Of a stretch of 61,916 bases of DNA, positions 24,648 through 34,750 are shown piece after piece. This stretch comes from an uncultured Candidatus Saccharibacteria bacterium (GTDB lineage Bacteria > Patescibacteriota > Minisyncoccia > Phycocordibacterales > Phycocordibacteraceae). A model generated the notes under the pieces. The model searched no databases. It was not told the origin of the DNA and was given only the letters and a program-made list of their open reading frames with translations. Location of the stretch: positions 1 to 61,916 of the forward strand of contig CAZFHH010000001.1 of the NCBI GenBank assembly GCA_964518755.1. Direction: 5' to 3'. How positions within the stretch are numbered: the stretch's first letter is position 1; each line of letters starts with the position of its first letter. The position numbers were made by a program, and so were the translations under genes.

Positions 24648-25553
24648 TTAAATTTTAATCCAGCTATCCGGGCATGGGTTGTCTTGCTCTCTCTCTAGTG
24701 AAAGAAACCATTTTTTTGGAGCAACCACTACTTTATTTGGATTGTTGTTTAACCAAGCCCCCCACCAGCTAAAAGAGCTGTTTGCGATGATGTTATGTTT
24801 GCATTTGCTCATCAACGTCAATTCCTCAGAGTCTGTCAGAGAGTTGCCACTAACAAATATCATTGGATGTTCTATTTTTAGGTTTTCCTTCACCCACTCC
24901 ATGTCATCAGAAAAAATAAAAAAAGTCGGGTTTTGAACAGAATGTGTAATAAGAGAAACCGCACTTTTATAATAATCAATAGAGCATATCCCGTGGTATT
25001 TGTTTGTCCCTTCGTTGGAAATATAGTCACCCCTGCGTATATGCAAAGAAACGATTCCGGCAGTATTTAAAATTTGCCGATGCATCTTCTTATAAGCATC
25101 TGATTTGATTTTGAGAGTGAAGTCTTTGCGGATTATATCAGTAATATCTTTAAAATATTTTTCATTTTGCCAATTTCCGCTTAGATAGGCACCTTTATTT
25201 ATTTTCAAAACATCCGCACAAAAACCAAAAGAAGGCTCTCTCACATAGGTTCTTTTATAGAGGGGCTTTCTTGCGCTCAGGCCTCTAAATATCTTTCTAT
25301 ATATTCTCAAAAAAATATTTCGTGTAGCCATTTTGGGCAAATGCATCTTTTTTGTGTCTTCTTTTTTCGCAAAGTCTTCTATAGTATTGAAACACCCAAG
25401 AGAGTATTCTCGTTGTGTATCGTTTTTGCTTTGATGGTTATATGATGAAGTATCAAGTTTCAATACGGTGTTATTAAGGCGCGCCAAATGCCTCCCAAGC
25501 GCATATTGAAACATCTGATTTCCCATTCCGCTCTGTAGTTTTGTTATTATCAT
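24648..25553 (-). CDS. Alpha-1,2-fucosyltransferase (GT11)
   Basis: 301 aa. MGNQMFQYA and HIRRGDY motifs. Confidence 0.8.
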   Translation of the reverse strand: MIITKLQSGMGNQMFQYALGRHLARLNNTVLKLDTSSYNHQSKNDTQREYSLGCFNTIEDFAKKEDTKKMHLPKMATRNIFLRIYRKIFRGLSARKPLYKRTYVREPSFGFCADVLKINKGAYLSGNWQNEKYFKDITDIIRKDFTLKIKSDAYKKMHRQILNTAGIVSLHIRRGDYISNEGTNKYHGICSIDYYKSAVSLITHSVQNPTFFIFSDDMEWVKENLKIEHPMIFVSGNSLTDSEELTLMSKCKHNIIANSSFSWWGAWLNNNPNKVVVAPKKWFLSLEREQDNPCPDSWIKI

Positions 25554-26809
25554 GGGTATTGTTGAAGTATTCTATTATAAAGGCTCTCATATTCACAAGC
25601 AATTTTTTCCCAAGTGAACTTTTCACTCCAAGATTTATGCCCGGCATCTGCCAAGCCGACCAGCTTTTCTTTGTCGCCACAGATATTTTCAAGTATGGTA
25701 GCAGAGCTTTTTGTTTCTGCTCGGCAAATATTATAGTTTCCTGTTTGGTTGAGTTTTATAATGCCGGTAAGGAGTTTTTTAATAAAGGTCTTTATCTTTG
25801 CCTTCAATGATGCATCCGGATTGACGCCGTGTATTGTTGGCAACAACAAACCGCCCCCCGACCATTTTATTATTTCCTTTGCATTTCCAACATCTGTAAC
25901 CAAGAAGGGTGTTTTTGATGCCATAGCTTCAAAAAGTACGATAGGGGAACATTCTGTGTTGGACGGAAAGAGAAACAGGTCTGCCACCCCAAAAGCTGAG
26001 GCAGTCTCATCTCTATCTAACTGCTGTATCAAAATTTTCTTCCCCGCGAGTAAAGATTTCTTGTCGCCATTAATTTTCACTTTTTGTTTCTCACATGTTT
26101 CTAAACATTTTCCTTTGTTCCCAACTATTAAAAATGTTGCATTTTTAATAGTTGCAGAATTAAAAATTTCTATCGCTTCTTTGTGACCTTTTTGCCCGGT
26201 GTGGGAGCCAACAAGTAGGATTAGGAAATCATTTTTTGGAATACTTAACCTTTCTCTGATGTCGATATTATTATTTTTTGAAAATTCGTCAGAGCTCGCT
26301 CCATTTGGTATTACTGTAATATTTTTAGCGCCACTTTCTCGAGCATAGTTTATGTCCTTATAATCATTTGACAAAAAAACATTGGCGTCAAATTGCGTAA
26401 ACCAGCTCCCCATCTTTTTGTAATATTCTTTATACTCATTAACGTGGAAAGCTGCAAACCCAGTGGGCACAAAAACCTTTTTTGCTTTTATTTTATCTAA
26501 AACAAGCAACATCGCATCGGTCATCGGTTGTTGAGCTGCAAAGTTTGTTATGACATCAAAGTTTGAGTTTATCAGAAAGTCTTGATATTTTTTAACCTCC
26601 CCGGACATTCCCGAAACGAAGTTCCCGGTGATATCAAATTCTTTAACGTTAACCCCGTTTAGGTCCGGTTTGTATTCATCAGGCAGTTTTGTTGTTGCGA
26701 CGGTAACGCTATGTCCGAGACCGATCAAGTGTTCTGAAAGTTGCTTAACCACCTCATACATTCCTCCCCTCGCCGGATGATACTGTTTTACTGTGTGAAG
26801 TATTTTCAT
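25550..26809 (-). CDS. Glycosyltransferase family 4
   Basis: 419 aa. FPSNTECSPIVLFEAMASKTPFLVTDVG. Confidence 0.75.
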   Translation of the reverse strand: MKILHTVKQYHPARGGMYEVVKQLSEHLIGLGHSVTVATTKLPDEYKPDLNGVNVKEFDITGNFVSGMSGEVKKYQDFLINSNFDVITNFAAQQPMTDAMLLVLDKIKAKKVFVPTGFAAFHVNEYKEYYKKMGSWFTQFDANVFLSNDYKDINYARESGAKNITVIPNGASSDEFSKNNNIDIRERLSIPKNDFLILLVGSHTGQKGHKEAIEIFNSATIKNATFLIVGNKGKCLETCEKQKVKINGDKKSLLAGKKILIQQLDRDETASAFGVADLFLFPSNTECSPIVLFEAMASKTPFLVTDVGNAKEIIKWSGGGLLLPTIHGVNPDASLKAKIKTFIKKLLTGIIKLNQTGNYNICRAETKSSATILENICGDKEKLVGLADAGHKSWSEKFTWEKIACEYESLYNRILQQYP

Positions 26810-26827
26810 ATATTTTTTCTTAAAAAA

Positions 26828-27844
26828 TCAACCAATGTGTTTTGTGTGGAGGTTTCTGTCACCAGCAAATTTCTTGTAGTAATGATAAACTGTTTTGGTT
26901 ATATAATAAAGGAGAGGTATTTTTTGCAGTCTGTTCACAAGCCATCCCTTAACAAGTTTTATATTTTTTTGTTTATAAATTAAGTTCAGTTTTAGAAACT
27001 CATTTTTGCTTAATCTTTCTTTTGTGGTGTATGCCCTAAAAATCTTTTTGTTAAGATAGGTTCTTTTTAGTGTGCTTATTAAGCCTGATTTACTCTCGGT
27101 GTTATTAATTATATCAATATCGCCTTGTGCCAATTTATAGTAACTGTTTATATTATTAAGTACTATTTTCTTTCTGGTCTCCTCTTGAATCTCTTTTGTT
27201 TTGGGAACTTGCCCTATAGATTGACTATGAATTCTGAACCTCAATAGAATTTTTGGAATATTTACAATTTTATATTTATCAGACATTTCTGAGTACAGTT
27301 CATAGTCTTCAGCGTGCTCGTAATCTTTGTTGTAGCCACCTAACTTTTGAATAATCTCTTTTCTAAAAAAAATTGTACTGTGTATAAACGGATTGCGAAA
27401 TAGCAACTCAAATTTAATCAAGTAATATTCTGAGGGCGATCTTTTGTATCCCAAATGATTGTTATTTTCATCAATTACCTCTGCCCATCCACCGGCTAAA
27501 GCAACGCCCGGATTTCTCTCAAGGAAATCGTATTGTTCTTGAAGCCTGTCTCGTGTGCTTATGTCATCTTGGTCCATCCTGGCTATGTATTCTCCGCGCG
27601 CTTCCTTAAGCCCTCGGTTTAGTGTAAAAATCAGCCCCTCATTTTTTTCGTTTTTTATAAAGTGGACCCTGTCATCGCTATATTCGTTAATTATCTCGTG
27701 ACTTCCATCTGTTGAGCCGTCGCTGATAATCAGCAACTCAAAATCATTAAAAGTCTGCTTCAAGATACTGTCTATTGCTTCTCTTAGATATTTTTCACCA
27801 TTATATACGGGTAGTACGACAGATATTTTTGGGTTTCGAGGCAT
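26828..27844 (-). CDS. Glycosyltransferase family 2
   Basis: ISVVLPVYNGEKYLREAIDSILKQTF, LLIISDGSTDGS and MDQDD. I use ATG 27844; the ORF track's upstream start at 27868 would overlap the epimerase gene. Confidence 0.8.
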   Translation of the reverse strand: MPRNPKISVVLPVYNGEKYLREAIDSILKQTFNDFELLIISDGSTDGSHEIINEYSDDRVHFIKNEKNEGLIFTLNRGLKEARGEYIARMDQDDISTRDRLQEQYDFLERNPGVALAGGWAEVIDENNNHLGYKRSPSEYYLIKFELLFRNPFIHSTIFFRKEIIQKLGGYNKDYEHAEDYELYSEMSDKYKIVNIPKILLRFRIHSQSIGQVPKTKEIQEETRKKIVLNNINSYYKLAQGDIDIINNTESKSGLISTLKRTYLNKKIFRAYTTKERLSKNEFLKLNLIYKQKNIKLVKGWLVNRLQKIPLLYYITKTVYHYYKKFAGDRNLHTKHIG

Positions 27845-27846
27845 AA

Positions 27847-28770
27847 TTATTTTTTTTGATTTACCCAAAAGTTTTTTATTCCTTCTTTTAGGCTTATAGG
27901 TTTAAATAATGGCACGTCAGTTTTTAGTTTGGAGATATCTAAAATATTAATTGGTATATCAACGCCGCGGGCTTCTTTATAGGTGATGGGGAAGTCTATG
28001 CCACTTATGGATTTTATCATTCGTAATACATTGTTTACCGTGTTTCCTTTTCCACTGCCAACATTATAGATATTGCCCCATTTATTATTCTTAATAAGCA
28101 TTAGTATCGCTTTGCTCACATCATCAATATGAATATAGTCTCGCACAACCTTGCCGTTTCCCCATACCTCCATTGGTTTATGGTTAAGTATTTTTCCGAC
28201 AGTAACCGCTACCAGCCCAAGCTTCCCAAGCGTATTTTGATTTTTACCGTATACATTAGAGACTCTTAATATTATGTAATCTAATTTATTGGTTCGTGCG
28301 CACATCTGTATATAATTTTCTAATGTTACTTTCATCCAGCCATAGATAGTTATGGGTTTGGTAGGAGAGTCTTCTTTATTTTTTTCTTCGCCATTTATAC
28401 CATAAACAACTCCTCCTGAAGAAAAGTAAATGATTTTATTTACTTTGTTTTTTATCATCATATCAATCAATCTCATAGTGAAAATCAACTCATTGTTTTC
28501 AATAATGGCATCAATTTGTGTTGAAGGAACCGCAGAGGAAACTAAATGTACCACAATCTCTATTTGGTTTTCACTAAATATTTTCTCTAGTATCTCAAAA
28601 TTATCAAAATCACCTTTAACAATCTCAATTTTATCTATAAAAGGGATTAAATTTTCCCAGTGTGCTTTCTTTCTGTCAAATACAATAATCTCTTTATCTG
28701 CATCAACAAGAGACTTTGTTAGGTTGGACCCTATGAAGCCGGCACCGCCAAATATTAATATTTTCTTCAT
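27847..28770 (-). CDS. NAD-dependent sugar epimerase/dehydratase (SDR)
   Basis: 307 aa. GGAGFIGSNL Rossmann motif and YGWMK (YxxxK). Confidence 0.8.
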   Translation of the reverse strand: MKKILIFGGAGFIGSNLTKSLVDADKEIIVFDRKKAHWENLIPFIDKIEIVKGDFDNFEILEKIFSENQIEIVVHLVSSAVPSTQIDAIIENNELIFTMRLIDMMIKNKVNKIIYFSSGGVVYGINGEEKNKEDSPTKPITIYGWMKVTLENYIQMCARTNKLDYIILRVSNVYGKNQNTLGKLGLVAVTVGKILNHKPMEVWGNGKVVRDYIHIDDVSKAILMLIKNNKWGNIYNVGSGKGNTVNNVLRMIKSISGIDFPITYKEARGVDIPINILDISKLKTDVPLFKPISLKEGIKNFWVNQKK

Positions 28771-29615
28771 ATTGAAATTAACCCGATTACTTTTTTAAGT
28801 TTTCGTAATAAATTTTTAAATTGTACCTTCAGTTTCATTTGCAGGGACGTGTAATATGATGTTTTGTATCCTAATAATTTGTTTACTTCAATCATTTGGG
28901 CAGAATTATTTATTTCAGCAATTTTATTTGCGTAGATTGTTTTTCTATTCATGGGAATAATCTTATTAGACCTAATACCTCTGGATTTTTGTTTGTTTTG
29001 AATGTCCCCGCTAACTCTTAAAAAGTCAGTGTAGTTTTTGTATGATTCACTATACGGTATGTCGATGTATTCGCAGATTTTTTTAATTTCAAAATCTGGA
29101 TTTTTACAGAGATCTTCGTATTTGAAGATCTTTATATTATTCTTGAGGAGCTCGTTTATATATCTGGAGTATTGTGTATAAAACTCTTTAACTGGTGGCA
29201 TTCCACGAGAAATCCACACATCAATAGAGTCACGAACAAAGGCAAATGCAATAAATCCAGTGTCATTTTTTAATTCTTCTAAAGATAGTAATTTATTAGG
29301 TGGATTAAAATTGTTATATTCGTGTGGTGTAAAATTTATAAATGACCAGTCCCGTATTATTAACTGCTTATTTTTAGTAATACAGATATTAGATAGCTCC
29401 AAGGCACTTTTCCCAAAGGCATCATTTTTCAGATTAATGCCGTACCATTTTTTTGCCTGAGCTTTTATTGTGGTTGGTGACTTTTCTTTTTCTATACCCC
29501 ACCCACCTCCGAGGGGGTTGACCTCAGACATAACAACGACATTGGGCAGGCTACCCAAGCAGCGGTTGAGAAGGGTTCCTCCGGAACGAGCAAAACATAT
29601 CATCAGTTTAACCAT
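28767..29615 (-). CDS. Sulfotransferase-family protein
   Basis: 282 aa. 5'-PSB-like FARSGGTLL, 3'-PB-like FVRDSIDVWIS, and YEDLCKNPDFEIKKICEYIDIPY. Confidence 0.65.
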   Translation of the reverse strand: MVKLMICFARSGGTLLNRCLGSLPNVVVMSEVNPLGGGWGIEKEKSPTTIKAQAKKWYGINLKNDAFGKSALELSNICITKNKQLIIRDWSFINFTPHEYNNFNPPNKLLSLEELKNDTGFIAFAFVRDSIDVWISRGMPPVKEFYTQYSRYINELLKNNIKIFKYEDLCKNPDFEIKKICEYIDIPYSESYKNYTDFLRVSGDIQNKQKSRGIRSNKIIPMNRKTIYANKIAEINNSAQMIEVNKLLGYKTSYYTSLQMKLKVQFKNLLRKLKKVIGLISI

Positions 29616-30537
29616 AATAAATCATTTTGGATAACCTTATATAGACCCTTGTTAAAAGTGGTGAAATTTTATTTAGAAATAATAGAAAAAATATGATGGA
29701 TGGTATTTTTTGATTATAACCACAATCTCTAATATCTTCAATGTTTTTAATCTTGTACTGTAATGTTGTAGACCAAAGACGGAATAGATATTTTTTAATT
29801 TGTTTTTTGGGAATGCCGGTCCTTATTTTATTGAATAAATAATAATATTCAAATATCTCTATATTTTTATTATCAATACACTGCTTAGTAACTTTGTGAT
29901 CAGCGTCTGCAATAGTACCAATAAGTGGGCGAGAAGAATATATAAAATTATTGTTCATTGATAGCATATTTATATAAAAATCTATATCAACAAGCCATTT
30001 TAAGTTTCTATCGTAGTACTTGCCGGCATCTTTTTTGTATATTGTAGCACTCGGGGCACCTATAATATTTCCAAAATATAGACTTGTGGGTTCCCCCATT
30101 AAGGTTTTTAATTCGCTATAAGAAACACTATGTATTCTATTTTTACTACTGTCACTTGAATAGTGGATGGCCGTTGCGCTGAATGCAAAATCAGATTCCG
30201 GATTTTGTTCCAAGATCTTCACAAGCTCTCGTAAACTATCTTTGTACATAAATTTATCATCATGATGCAATATTTTTATATATTTCCCTGAAGCGTGGCG
30301 TACCGCCTCATTCCAATTTTCGGGACTTCCTTTTCTGGTTTTGTTTTTAAAATATTTTAGTTTATTCCCAAAATCATATCTTTGTATTAATTCTTGAATC
30401 GAATTATCAGGAGAATCATCCGTAACTATAACCTCATAGTCTTCGTAATCCTGAATTAAAATGGACCCAAGAGTTTTTTTGAGGTAGTTTGTTTGTGCGT
30501 ATGCGGGAATACATACTGATACTTTAGGGTTTTTCAT
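29608..30537 (-). CDS. Glycosyltransferase family 2
   Basis: 309 aa. VSVCIPAYAQTNYLKKTLGSILIQDY, VIVTDDSPD and HHDDKF. Confidence 0.8.
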   Translation of the reverse strand: MKNPKVSVCIPAYAQTNYLKKTLGSILIQDYEDYEVIVTDDSPDNSIQELIQRYDFGNKLKYFKNKTRKGSPENWNEAVRHASGKYIKILHHDDKFMYKDSLRELVKILEQNPESDFAFSATAIHYSSDSSKNRIHSVSYSELKTLMGEPTSLYFGNIIGAPSATIYKKDAGKYYDRNLKWLVDIDFYINMLSMNNNFIYSSRPLIGTIADADHKVTKQCIDNKNIEIFEYYYLFNKIRTGIPKKQIKKYLFRLWSTTLQYKIKNIEDIRDCGYNQKIPSIIFFLLFLNKISPLLTRVYIRLSKMIYYG

Positions 30538-31321
30538 GTAGAAAATGCTTTAAGGTGTTATAAAACTTCAATATAAATTTATTTAGTTTATATTGATATT
30601 CTATAACGCGTGGAGAGTTTTGTTGAGTGCAGTGTGAATCAAGTTGATAATGTTTAAGCGCGTTTAAAATGTAATAGTTCTCCATTTTATGGAGGATACA
30701 GTATATTTTGATAGCTCTTTCAAACGAGTGTCCACAATTTTTGTCATCTCGTATTAAAATTGAGATCGGAGTAAACCATTTTACGAAACCTAAAAGAGTT
30801 TCACTACTCATACTCATGTTACTGGTTGATGGCCAGGTCTCATCCCCTGTGTCTTTTTTATATTTGTCTATTATTTTTTTAATATCGATTTTGCATATTT
30901 TATTTACACTATCTACTAATATGTTAGCGCCCTTATTTTTAGATAAAAAATAAGGGCTTCCCATTGGGTGCGGTACATAACCAATAATCGCACGGGGACT
31001 ACTTTTAAGTTTGGTAATTGATTTGGAATAAAAATCATGAGAAAGATCCACGTCATATTCAAGCAGGGTAACAAAAGCTGTCTCTAATAAGTCATTTTTT
31101 ATTAAGGCGTACCAGGCTGTATATGCTACAAGATATTTATATTTTTCAATGTTATTTGGTAGCTTTCTTGCAATTATGACCTTATTAATATTTTCAATAA
31201 GAGAAGTGTCTCCTGTGCCGACAAACACATATCTAAATTTTGGGAATTGAGAAAATGTTTTTTTATTTTCGAAATCCAAAATTTTATTTTGATCATGAAC
31301 AATAATAAAGGTTTCGTGCAT
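30524..31321 (-). CDS. Hypothetical protein within the glycan operon (possibly a non-canonical glycosyltransferase)
   Basis: 265 aa. Overlaps its neighbours in an operonic arrangement. No motif recognised with confidence. Confidence 0.45.
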   Translation of the reverse strand: MHETFIIVHDQNKILDFENKKTFSQFPKFRYVFVGTGDTSLIENINKVIIARKLPNNIEKYKYLVAYTAWYALIKNDLLETAFVTLLEYDVDLSHDFYSKSITKLKSSPRAIIGYVPHPMGSPYFLSKNKGANILVDSVNKICKIDIKKIIDKYKKDTGDETWPSTSNMSMSSETLLGFVKWFTPISILIRDDKNCGHSFERAIKIYCILHKMENYYILNALKHYQLDSHCTQQNSPRVIEYQYKLNKFILKFYNTLKHFLHEKP

Positions 31322-31325
31322 GTTT

Positions 31326-32480
31326 TTAGCAATTAAAGTTATTAATTCGGCCTGGTTGTAATCTTTTATATATTCTAAGTGTTTTTTCAGCTGTATTTTC
31401 CCATGTAAAATTTTTAACTCTGTTTAACCCTAATTTTATACGATTTGAATTTCTTCCCTCAAGTATTACTTGTGCTATTGCTTGGGTCATATTTTCTGTG
31501 TCTTTTGGGTCAAAATATAAAGCAGAATCTCCAGCAACTTCTGGTAGTGATGATGAATTCGATGCGGCAATAGGGGTTCCACACGCCATGGCTTCTAGTA
31601 ACGGTATACCAAAACCTTCATATAGTGAGGGAAATACAAAAGTCTTCGCACAATTATACAATAAAATTAATTCTCTATTGGAAACAAAGCCAAAATTATG
31701 AATTTTATTTTCAATATTATTTGTTTTAAACAAATTAGTTTCTTTTTCTGTAAACTTTCCGCCACCTACAACTATGACATCTAAATTGAATTTATTTAAG
31801 TTATTGTATGATTTAATAAAGGCTAAAAAATTCTTATATTTATCTCTACCTCCTACATACAGCAGATATGGTTTTTTGATATTTCTTTTATTTAAAAAAC
31901 TTTTCTTGGTATTTTCATCTTCAATCTTTTTGAAATCAGGATTGACCCCTAAATAGATTACAGAAATCTTCTTTTCATCTATATTGTAATAATGCAGGAG
32001 GTCATTTTTTGTATTTTGAGAAACACAGATAATAGCATCTGCTGAATAGGCGCACTCCTTTTTTCGTTTGACAAATTCCAAGCTTGATTTTGTATGAAAA
32101 AAAACAGGAAATTTTTCATAAATCATATCATGCATGGTAAGAACTTGCGGGATTTTTAAGTTTCCATAGGTGGTAAAATAAGTTGAGTGAAAAACACCAT
32201 CAGTTAACTTTCCCCAGTATCTATTTTTAATGTAGTTATTTATTTTTTGAAATAAAGGTTTAAAAATACGGTTAGGGCGTGGAGGTGTTAACTGTTTTAT
32301 TTTTTTAATAGTAATATTTTCTTCTTTTGGCAGTGCCCCGGTCGGGTCTTTATCAATTAGAATGTTGATTTTTGTATCAACCTCTATATTGTTTAATCTA
32401 CTGAGGTACTCATTAAAATAACGAGAAATCCCGCCCGTTTTCTGCAAGCTATAAATTATGCCGTCTATATATATTTTCAT
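31326..32480 (-). CDS. Glycosyltransferase family 4
   Basis: 384 aa. EGFGIPLLEAMACGTPIAASNSSSLPEV. Confidence 0.8.
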   Translation of the reverse strand: MKIYIDGIIYSLQKTGGISRYFNEYLSRLNNIEVDTKINILIDKDPTGALPKEENITIKKIKQLTPPRPNRIFKPLFQKINNYIKNRYWGKLTDGVFHSTYFTTYGNLKIPQVLTMHDMIYEKFPVFFHTKSSLEFVKRKKECAYSADAIICVSQNTKNDLLHYYNIDEKKISVIYLGVNPDFKKIEDENTKKSFLNKRNIKKPYLLYVGGRDKYKNFLAFIKSYNNLNKFNLDVIVVGGGKFTEKETNLFKTNNIENKIHNFGFVSNRELILLYNCAKTFVFPSLYEGFGIPLLEAMACGTPIAASNSSSLPEVAGDSALYFDPKDTENMTQAIAQVILEGRNSNRIKLGLNRVKNFTWENTAEKTLRIYKRLQPGRINNFNC

Positions 32481-32747
32481 CTTGAATGTTAGTTTGGTTC
32501 TCTTCCTACGAACTTTGTGGCTGTACCACCGTGTTCATTAAGGGTTTCTAAAAATCATCATAAAACGTAACCTCATTATAACTAATATTCTTTAAGATCT
32601 CTAGCTTGATATTTTTCTTTTGCCGTGTATCGTGGAAGACGCTGATGAATATCCGACCCTTTCTAAGGTTTTAGATAACACATGGGCTGGTCTTAATTTA
32701 AGAAATATCTATTTGTGGGTTTTGTAAACCAGTACCCGTGGAGATTT

Positions 32748-33698
32748 TTATTGTTTTCTTTCTTTAAAATTGCCGAACCATTTTTCTGGGGGATAGAATT
32801 CTTTAACCATACTAATCAAGTCAAGTTCTTCTAATTTTTTAATAAAATCTTGCCTTAATCTTTCGTCATAGTCTATTTGGGGGAAAATCTCGCTACTGCA
32901 TTTTTTATCAAATTTTACGCCTGAAAAATCAGACATTTTTTTAAGCCATTTTTCTGGATTTAATACTATGTCTTCGTAAAAAACAATCATTCCATTTATG
33001 TTATCTGCTTGTATAAAGGCGTGGTAATTAAAGTATGTCCAAACCGTAAGCATTTTAGATAATTGATTTTTCTCGTTGTCTTGTCTATTAAACTTTCTTG
33101 CTATAAGTTCATAGTTAGAATTTCCGAAAAAATACTCCCCGACATCTTTATTTTTCGATAAATATTTTGTTAAAAAATAATTTTTACCATATTTACCTAA
33201 AATATTTGTTGCTAACGCGTATCTTTTTTTAAGACGAATTCTGTTTTTAATAGGAGGGGTTACTGTTTGGCTAAGCCAAGTATTAATTGGATTGCGAATT
33301 ATATGTATAAATTTACAATTATAATCATTTACTATGTCTTTTAGTACAAAATGACATCTATTGGGTTGCAAAATCGCATCATTTTCTAAATTATGTAAAA
33401 GATCAAAAAGTGGTTGGATTTCTTGAAAATTAGTAGGAATAATATCGCTTCCCGTTTTTTTTAGTCCGTTATGATAAAATTTGTATTTTTCCTTAATGAG
33501 TTTAAAATTAGTGGTTTTATAACTGTCCCACGGATAAAATTTATGTAAGGTCGTGGCAATGTTTTTTGTTATTTCATTAAATAGGTTTGGATGTAGCGGC
33601 TCATAAAAACAACTCATGTCAGAGTTACTCCCTTTTAATATTTTATACATCATCGTTGTCCCTGAACGATAATAACCATTAAATATAAGTTTAATCAT
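32748..33698 (-). CDS. Sulfotransferase-family protein
   Basis: 316 aa. 5'-PSB YYRSGTTMM, 3'-PB IIRNPINTWLSQ, FYEDIVLNPEKWLKKM. Confidence 0.65.
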   Translation of the reverse strand: MIKLIFNGYYRSGTTMMYKILKGSNSDMSCFYEPLHPNLFNEITKNIATTLHKFYPWDSYKTTNFKLIKEKYKFYHNGLKKTGSDIIPTNFQEIQPLFDLLHNLENDAILQPNRCHFVLKDIVNDYNCKFIHIIRNPINTWLSQTVTPPIKNRIRLKKRYALATNILGKYGKNYFLTKYLSKNKDVGEYFFGNSNYELIARKFNRQDNEKNQLSKMLTVWTYFNYHAFIQADNINGMIVFYEDIVLNPEKWLKKMSDFSGVKFDKKCSSEIFPQIDYDERLRQDFIKKLEELDLISMVKEFYPPEKWFGNFKERKQ

Positions 33699-33726
33699 TT
33701 TGTTATTGATTTTAATGAGGCATGAT

Positions 33727-34737
33727 TCATCTTAATTTATATTTATTTCTAATTCTATAAATGATACCCTTAAGTCGAGCATATTTATTCTGAAACTTTA
33801 TTCTGAGTATACTTTTTAGAGTAACATTATTCTTTCCCTCATCAATATGATATAAAGATCTAATCATTTCAATATCTTCTTTATTTTCTTTATAAATTTT
33901 ATCTGCCAGTGGTAACCTTTTTTTATAGTGCGGTTCATTATGTTTAGTAGACCAGTCAGTTAATTTATCTTGAAAAGAAAAGTATTTCAAAACCTTTTCA
34001 TTTTGGCGTAATGACTCTGTTCCTCGTGGGTGCCAGGGGTGTACTGTAAAACAATTTGGTAGACAAACACTTTGTGATCCAGTTGCTATTTCCAGTCGTT
34101 TATTAACATCTCCCCCCAACTTTGATAAGCTGGTACTCCAAATTTGGTGTGAGTCATATCCCCCTATCTTATCCCAATATTCTCTGCGAGCAGATATCAT
34201 GGAGCCCTTATTTCCTGCGATTTTTGGAATCGCAGAGTTTTTATTAAGGCAAGTATTCAAGCATTTGTGGAAATCATTACTTGCCTTGAGCCATTTTTTA
34301 TACGATTTTACACTGGCAGGATATTGAGCCATTTTCCTATAGATGTTTACTACAGCTTTGGGGTTCCCCTCGTGGAAGTTTTGTAACTTAATCAAAAAGT
34401 CTCTTGGCAATAATTGGTCTCCATCCATAACAGATATTATTTTACCTTTAGCAACACTAAGTCCGGCATTATTACATTTCCCCCAATGGAAAGGTGAATT
34501 TATGGGTTCGTTTAGATAAATAACTCTAATGTTTATTTTATCTTTTACTTCTTTATATCTATCTTCAAGAGAACTTAGCCCCAGCCCATGATTGTGTTTA
34601 TTAGCCACTTCCTTACTTCGTTGTTCGATATAGACAATCTCAAATTCTTCCTTGGGGTAGTCTTGAAGTAGTAGCCCATCAATAATATGGAAAAAATTTC
34701 TATAACTACAATCCCAACTGATTATTGTGTGAGTCAT
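33727..34737 (-). CDS. GT-A-fold glycosyltransferase-like protein
   Basis: 336 aa. ...FEIVYIEQ... and VMDGDQLL (DxD-like). The call is tentative. Confidence 0.5.
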   Translation of the reverse strand: MTHTIISWDCSYRNFFHIIDGLLLQDYPKEEFEIVYIEQRSKEVANKHNHGLGLSSLEDRYKEVKDKINIRVIYLNEPINSPFHWGKCNNAGLSVAKGKIISVMDGDQLLPRDFLIKLQNFHEGNPKAVVNIYRKMAQYPASVKSYKKWLKASNDFHKCLNTCLNKNSAIPKIAGNKGSMISARREYWDKIGGYDSHQIWSTSLSKLGGDVNKRLEIATGSQSVCLPNCFTVHPWHPRGTESLRQNEKVLKYFSFQDKLTDWSTKHNEPHYKKRLPLADKIYKENKEDIEMIRSLYHIDEGKNNVTLKSILRIKFQNKYARLKGIIYRIRNKYKLR

Positions 34738-34750
34738 ATCGTATGGTTTA

